From Lachnospiraceae bacterium (GTDB taxonomy: Bacteria; Bacillota; Clostridia; Lachnospirales; Lachnospiraceae), in NCBI GenBank assembly GCA_017477805.1, contig JAFUUM010000001.1:1-30087 (forward strand): a stretch of 30,087 bases of DNA, in the 5' to 3' direction. A program made the position numbers and the translations under genes. Numbering within the stretch: the first letter of the stretch is position 1; every line of letters begins with the position of its first letter. Positions 25,069 through 30,087 of the stretch are shown piece by piece. The notes under the pieces are model-generated. The model was not told the DNA's origin and ran no database searches. It saw only the letters and a list, made by a program, of their open reading frames with translations.

Positions 25069-26178
25069 TTATTTCTTCTTACGTTTTTCCGATGCGATGA
25101 CCTTATTTAATCCAAGATAGGTATCCAGGAGTTTTTCATCCGCGGGGTGCAGCACCGCTGCCTTGATCTCCGCTCCGGACTTTTCACACAGGGAAAGGAT
25201 CTCCTCGATCTGCTTTCCGTTATGAGCCCCCGAGGGAACCGCAAGCAGGAGGTTCTTTGCTTCCCGAAGCCGGGTGCACAGTTCCTTATCCCGGTCTTTT
25301 CCAACGGTGATCATGTCCACCACCGTTGCATCCGATGCATTGATACGTTTCTGTAGCCCCTCCGCGTCCATGGGCGAACCACCCATAAAGAGCACCGTGA
25401 TCTCGTCTCCAAGGAGCTGTTTTGTCAGCGCATCAAAGCTGGGATTATGGCCGCCCCCCAGCATGGGGATCCCGTATCTTCTTTCAAAAGTAACGGGAAC
25501 GTACACGGAATCATCCGACACGATGAGAAGCCAGATGATAAGAGCAGCCGCCAGATCAAATAGGACCAGACCGAGGATGCAGGCCCGAAGGACCCGTACG
25601 TCCCGGAATGATTCCGTTGCTGCCGTAGATTGGCCGATGAGGCTTGCTGCCCGAAGTTCCGGCATTTCCGAAACCAGGTTCAAAAAGCCTTTCATCAGCT
25701 GTGCGGAAATCTCTTCCGTAAGCTCCTTGGAGGGAGTCTTGACCGTTACGGTTACGATGCGCTCATCGGAAAGAAGAGTGCCCGTCACCCAGGCATTGAT
25801 GTCTTCCTTTGTCAGATGCAAGCCCGTGGTGTAATCCTTCCAGATACTGCCGGTCTTGTCATCCTCCATGGCTTCACAGATGGGATCCGTAAAGACATTG
25901 TCCTGAATGAGCTGGCCCCAGGTCACCTGATTAAAGATAGTCACGTTACTGCCGTCTGCAGGCTTCACGTATTCGATCCGTACGTCCGTGGTGGTCTCAT
26001 AATTTGCAGGACCAGCGAAGACAACATAGCGAAGGTAATATCCTCCACCCACCAGTAAAATGCCGAAAACGGAAGTGAGCAGGAAAACCCACCACTTCCG
26101 CAGGATAAGCAGGAGCACCAGCTTGGTATCAAGGGGCTCCTGTCTGTATGGCAACAATTCGAAGCTGTTACTCTTCAT
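25069..26178 (-). CDS. Polysaccharide co-polymerase / chain-length determinant (Wzz/CpsC-like) with C-terminal extension
   Basis: Two TM segments flanking a loop (LILRKWW..., ILGLVL...), ERRYGIPMLG after TM2. Located between wzy and a priming transferase. Confidence 0.7.
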   Translation of the reverse strand: MKSNSFELLPYRQEPLDTKLVLLLILRKWWVFLLTSVFGILLVGGGYYLRYVVFAGPANYETTTDVRIEYVKPADGSNVTIFNQVTWGQLIQDNVFTDPICEAMEDDKTGSIWKDYTTGLHLTKEDINAWVTGTLLSDERIVTVTVKTPSKELTEEISAQLMKGFLNLVSEMPELRAASLIGQSTAATESFRDVRVLRACILGLVLFDLAAALIIWLLIVSDDSVYVPVTFERRYGIPMLGGGHNPSFDALTKQLLGDEITVLFMGGSPMDAEGLQKRINASDATVVDMITVGKDRDKELCTRLREAKNLLLAVPSGAHNGKQIEEILSLCEKSGAEIKAAVLHPADEKLLDTYLGLNKVIASEKRKKK

Positions 26179-27640
26179 TGTCTTTTTCCTTCCGATTCTT
26201 TTCCTGATCCAGGCGCCGTCTCTTTTCTTCCAGCTCCTGATCCGCCTTCTTCATAGCCGTGATCTGGGTGCTGTCGATTCCCTCCGTGCTGTCCGGTGTC
26301 AGCAGGATCTTTAAGGTCAAAAGCGCCAGCCGCATATCCATCCACAGGCTGTAGTTCTCGATGTAGTAAAGGTCCAGTTTCAACTTATCGTAAGGCGTGG
26401 TGTTGTACTTGCCGTACACCTGGGCGTAGCCTGCAAGGCCCGCCTTTACCTTGGTGCGGAATTCAAATTCCGGCATCAGTTCCATGTACTGCTTGATGAT
26501 CTCGGGACGCTCCGGTCTCGGACCGATAAAGGACATCTCTCCGGAGAGAATGTTAAAAAGCTGGGGCAGCTCATCCAGACGGACTTTCCGGATAAATTTC
26601 CCCACAGGGGTGATACGGTCATCCCCTTTGGAAGCAAGACGGGCAACACCGTCTTTCTCTGCATCCACTCTCATGCTGCGGAATTTCAGAATGGTAAATT
26701 CCTTCATGTTCCGGGTGCAGCGGATCTGCTTATACAGCACGGGGCCGCCATCGTAAAGCTTCACAGCAAGCGCGGTCAGCAGCATAAAAGGGCTTGATAA
26801 AACAATAAGGATCAGGGAGAAAAAGATGTCGAAGAACCGTTTGAAAAATCTCTCTTCCACCGTCATCCGGTATTCCCGGATCAGCATGATGGGAGTATCA
26901 AACAGATTCATCTGATCAGCGCCCTGTAAGAGCACATCCGTGATCTTGGGCATGATGTAGACCCGGATGGAGGATCCGTAACAGTATTTGAAGATCTTGT
27001 TCCGATCTTCCGTGGGAAGGTCCCAGATCACTACTGCATCGTAGCCTGCGGAGCACTCATCAAACACCTTCTCCAGACCTTCTCTGTAGCTGATGGTGTT
27101 CCGGATCCGGAACTTTTCTTTCCTGCTGTTGAACTTGGTGACAATATCCTCGTAGGGTCTGTCCCCATACACCAGAAGCATCTTTTTGGGCGGGAACAGA
27201 TAGGAATAGATGTGTCCCGCGATCAGGGTCCAGACAACGATGATCACAAAATCGTAACCGATCATGATGCCAAAATAGGTGATGTTTACGATATGGAGCA
27301 TCATCAGCGAGATCTGCAACAACGTGATGACGTTGACAAAGACCATGGCAAAGGCCTGGGAAAATATGATCTCCGTATTTCGGTAGTACCCGATCTTTAA
27401 ACCGCCGTACATGGCGGTAAACATCAGGAGCAGTGCTGCATAGATGGCCAGCATCAGAATGTTACCGTTTTTCCAGAAGCGCAGGCCCGTATAAGCCCAG
27501 ACCTCAAATCTCAAATATCCGTACCAAACCCGGTAATATACCGCAAGCTGCAGGATGACACTGACAAGAGAAAGCCCCAACTGTACCAGCCGCTTAAAGG
27601 ACTCTCTTCTTTGGTTTTTCCGTTGATGTTCCGTCATCAC
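26168..27640 (-). CDS. Priming polyprenyl glycosylphosphotransferase (long form)
   Basis: TM N-terminus; KRFFD, ILKFRSM, DDRITPVG, RLDELPQ, GPRPERP, VKAGLAGYAQVYG. Confidence 0.95.
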   Translation of the reverse strand: MMTEHQRKNQRRESFKRLVQLGLSLVSVILQLAVYYRVWYGYLRFEVWAYTGLRFWKNGNILMLAIYAALLLMFTAMYGGLKIGYYRNTEIIFSQAFAMVFVNVITLLQISLMMLHIVNITYFGIMIGYDFVIIVVWTLIAGHIYSYLFPPKKMLLVYGDRPYEDIVTKFNSRKEKFRIRNTISYREGLEKVFDECSAGYDAVVIWDLPTEDRNKIFKYCYGSSIRVYIMPKITDVLLQGADQMNLFDTPIMLIREYRMTVEERFFKRFFDIFFSLILIVLSSPFMLLTALAVKLYDGGPVLYKQIRCTRNMKEFTILKFRSMRVDAEKDGVARLASKGDDRITPVGKFIRKVRLDELPQLFNILSGEMSFIGPRPERPEIIKQYMELMPEFEFRTKVKAGLAGYAQVYGKYNTTPYDKLKLDLYYIENYSLWMDMRLALLTLKILLTPDSTEGIDSTQITAMKKADQELEEKRRRLDQEKNRKEKDNEE

Positions 27641-27673
27641 GATCCTCCGTTGACGTTTGTTTCCTTTTCTTTC

Positions 27674-28489
27674 CTAAAGCCTTCGTTTTGTGGCCCGAAC
27701 AGCCCAGCCCACGAAGTAGTAGGCGCTCTGAAAGACGTTCAATTTCCCGATCTTTCGATACAGGTTCCAGATCCGTCTCAGAGCCTCTATTTTGTTAGAC
27801 GAGAGGGTGTTTGCCGCCCGTCTGTAAGTCACAAGATTTTCATTCAACCCGTAGGCTTTTGCCCCCGTTTGCAGGATCCTCCACCAGGTGGCGGTATCCT
27901 CACTCTTGATCCGGGGCATATTCAAAAGATCTTTGGAGATCACTTCCGTATCCACCAGTACCGTGGAGGTAAAGATGGTGGTATTGGAAAGAGCTTCTTT
28001 GTAAGTCAGGATTTCCGGTACGCGGACGATCTTGCCTGTCCCAACGGCATTTTCATCGCCGAATTCATAACCGCAAAAGAAGAACCCGGGGATCTCCGGT
28101 CCCGTTTTCCCTGCGGTCTTTGCATCTTCCTGACACTTATGAAGATGCTCCATCTGGCGTTGCAGTTTTTCCGGTTTCCAGATATCATCCGCATCCACGA
28201 AAGCGATATATCTTCCGTTAGCTGCCCGGAGGCCTTCGTTTCGGGCATCCGCCGCACAAGTGGTATCTGAGAAGATCACCCGGATCCTGCCTGCATCCTT
28301 CATTCCGGCAGACTCAGCTTCGATCCCGGCCTGATTTTCCAGCTCCCGCAGCACCTCTTTGGTACCGTCCGCAGAGCCGTTCTCCACAAGGATCAGTTCC
28401 CAGTCCGTATAGGTCTGGGCCTTTACGGAAGCCACCGTTTCTCTGATATACTTTTCCGCATTATGCACAGGCACAATGATACTGATCAT
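27674..28489 (-). CDS. GT2 family glycosyltransferase (TuaG-like)
   Basis: ISIIVPVHN, ARNEG, FVDADD, WKPEKL, SEDTATW, LSSNK. Confidence 0.92.
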   Translation of the reverse strand: MISIIVPVHNAEKYIRETVASVKAQTYTDWELILVENGSADGTKEVLRELENQAGIEAESAGMKDAGRIRVIFSDTTCAADARNEGLRAANGRYIAFVDADDIWKPEKLQRQMEHLHKCQEDAKTAGKTGPEIPGFFFCGYEFGDENAVGTGKIVRVPEILTYKEALSNTTIFTSTVLVDTEVISKDLLNMPRIKSEDTATWWRILQTGAKAYGLNENLVTYRRAANTLSSNKIEALRRIWNLYRKIGKLNVFQSAYYFVGWAVRATKRRL

Positions 28490-29418
28490 TAAAACTCTTC
28501 CTTACTGATGTAGATGGGTCTGTCCTTTACTTCCAGATAGGTCTTGGACAGATACTGTCCGAAGATCCCCAGGCACAGAAGCTGCACGCCGCTGATCAGG
28601 GAGATGATGCACACCATGGAAGGCCAGCCGGAAGTGGGATCTCCCAGCACCAGGGTCTTGATGACGATGGCAACAATGAGGATAAAGGACACGATACAAA
28701 ACAGGATGCCCAGCACGGAAGCAAATCCAAGGGGCACCGTGGAAAAAGCAACGATACCATCCAGAGCGTAAAGGAACAGTTTCCAGAAGCTCCACTTGGT
28801 CTCGCCCTTCTGGCGCTCCACGTTCTCAAATTCCAGCCATTTGGTCTCAAAGCCGATCCAGCCGTAGATGCCCTTGGTAAAGCGGTTATATTCCTTCATG
28901 GAAAGGATGGCATCCACCATGGGTCTTGTCATCAGACGGTAATCCCTTGCACCGTCCACGATCTCGGTCTTGGACATACGGTTGATCAGATGATAAAACC
29001 GTCTTGCAAAGAAGGAGCGGATGGGAGGTTCTCCCTTTCTTGTCACCCTTCTCGTGGCCACGGAATCATAGCCCTGATCGATGTAGGAAAACATCTCGGG
29101 AAGAAGGGCCGGGGGATCCTGAAGATCCACATCCATGGTCACCACGTAATCTCCCTTGGCATGCTGAAAGCCCGCGTACATGGCGGCTTCCTTACCAAAG
29201 TTCCGGGAGAATGAGACCATATGGACCTTCTCATCTCTCTCATGGAGTTTCCGGATCTCATCCTTCGTCTTATACTTGGATCCGTCATCCACGTAGATCA
29301 CTTCGTAGTCCAGATCCCTGGAGTCAAAGAAAGCCTTATTCTTGATGAATTCTTCGTAAAAATCCGCCACCGTTTCTTCTTCGTTGAAACAGGGAACGAT
29401 CACGCTCAGAAGTTTCAT
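28489..29418 (-). CDS. GtrB/bactoprenol glycosyltransferase-like GT2
   Basis: VPCFNEE, SRNFGKEAAM, MDVDLQDPP, ARDYRLM, EYNRFTKG, GETKWSF, two C-terminal TMs, GQYLSKTYLEVKDRP. Confidence 0.92.
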   Translation of the reverse strand: MKLLSVIVPCFNEEETVADFYEEFIKNKAFFDSRDLDYEVIYVDDGSKYKTKDEIRKLHERDEKVHMVSFSRNFGKEAAMYAGFQHAKGDYVVTMDVDLQDPPALLPEMFSYIDQGYDSVATRRVTRKGEPPIRSFFARRFYHLINRMSKTEIVDGARDYRLMTRPMVDAILSMKEYNRFTKGIYGWIGFETKWLEFENVERQKGETKWSFWKLFLYALDGIVAFSTVPLGFASVLGILFCIVSFILIVAIVIKTLVLGDPTSGWPSMVCIISLISGVQLLCLGIFGQYLSKTYLEVKDRPIYISKEEF

Positions 29419-29473
29419 GTTCTATCCTCGTTCGTTTTATCTTATTCCCGATGTGTCCCCACCGGGCGTTACT

Positions 29474-30087
29474 TTACTTACGGTCGTAGAGTTTCACCTC
29501 AGAAGTGGATGCGATGAGATGATACCCCTTTTCTTCGCACCTCTCCGCCAGGTCTCCCGCTGCTCCCACAGCGATGTATCTGCTCTTTAGATCCTCAAAA
29601 TGCTCTTCCAGATAAACTTCATCGCAGAGGTTGATCCCAAATCCCGTGGGCAGTTCATACAGCGGACCGTAATCCACCAAAAAGAGCTGTCCATCTTTCG
29701 AATCCCGGAAGGTCCAGATCACGGTATTCTCATAATTTGGAACCGCCGCATCTTCGGTAAGCTGCATTCCCCGGGCACACTGCTCTCCAAAGTTTTCGAT
29801 CTCCGACACCCGGCTTTCTTCAGCATAGTGCATCCCGTATTCATACGGGAAATCGGCTTTGATCCAGAATTCATAGATCAGGAACACCGCCAGGAGTGAG
29901 ATCCCGACATAGGGGACCAGCAGGCGGCCACGCCTGTTTTCTTCTTTCCCGGCAAAAAACTCATGTCCGCAGGCCAGATAGCCAAAGCAGAGCACGGAAA
30001 CGAAAATAAAGGGAAGGGTGTGTCTGCTGCCCTCTGCAAGGCGGTACATCAGCATATCCGCCGTAAAGAAGCCTCCCATCACCAGGG
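29474..30087 (-). CDS. Membrane protein, 3' part only (possibly a GT-C/GtrII-type transferase)
   Basis: Frame is open to the right edge; hydrophobic helices then a soluble tail. Directly upstream of the GtrB-like gene. The product call rests on context only. Confidence 0.55.
   Translation of the reverse strand, partial: LVMGGFFTADMLMYRLAEGSRHTLPFIFVSVLCFGYLACGHEFFAGKEENRRGRLLVPYVGISLLAVFLIYEFWIKADFPYEYGMHYAEESRVSEIENFGEQCARGMQLTEDAAVPNYENTVIWTFRDSKDGQLFLVDYGPLYELPTGFGINLCDEVYLEEHFEDLKSRYIAVGAAGDLAERCEEKGYHLIASTSEVKLYDRK

Overview
This is a large cell-surface polysaccharide locus from an anaerobic Firmicute, probably Lachnospiraceae-like (inferred from gene content and protein style, not from a marker gene). 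Every credible gene is on the minus strand. The core comprises three different priming sugar transferases, about nine glycosyltransferases, an EpsG/Wzy polymerase, a Wzz-like co-polymerase, ugd, wecB, a CapD/CapN/CapM-like module and two paralogous MdoB/LtaS-family phosphoglycerol transferases. The second paralogue (1-1027) runs off the left edge and is absent from the ORF track. Oxidative-stress genes (rubrerythrin, desulfoferrodoxin, Hrb-like flavin reductase-rubredoxin) are interleaved. Three nuclease/defence-type inserts are also present: an ABC/AAA_21 ATPase + RloB/TOPRIM-like pair, a Schlafen/AlbA_2 protein, and an Rpn/YhgA nuclease with an internal small-protein start. Each insert is followed by a repeated non-coding module of hairpins plus a promoter that restarts the polysaccharide genes. 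These modules are (i) two diverged copies of a ~190-nt nested-palindrome element (1334-1520, 7574-7764) and (ii) an ~87-nt promoter/leader direct repeat flanking rpn. No CRISPR array, tRNA, rRNA, IS transposase or integrase was recognised. All family assignments come from motif recognition by eye; no database search was run.
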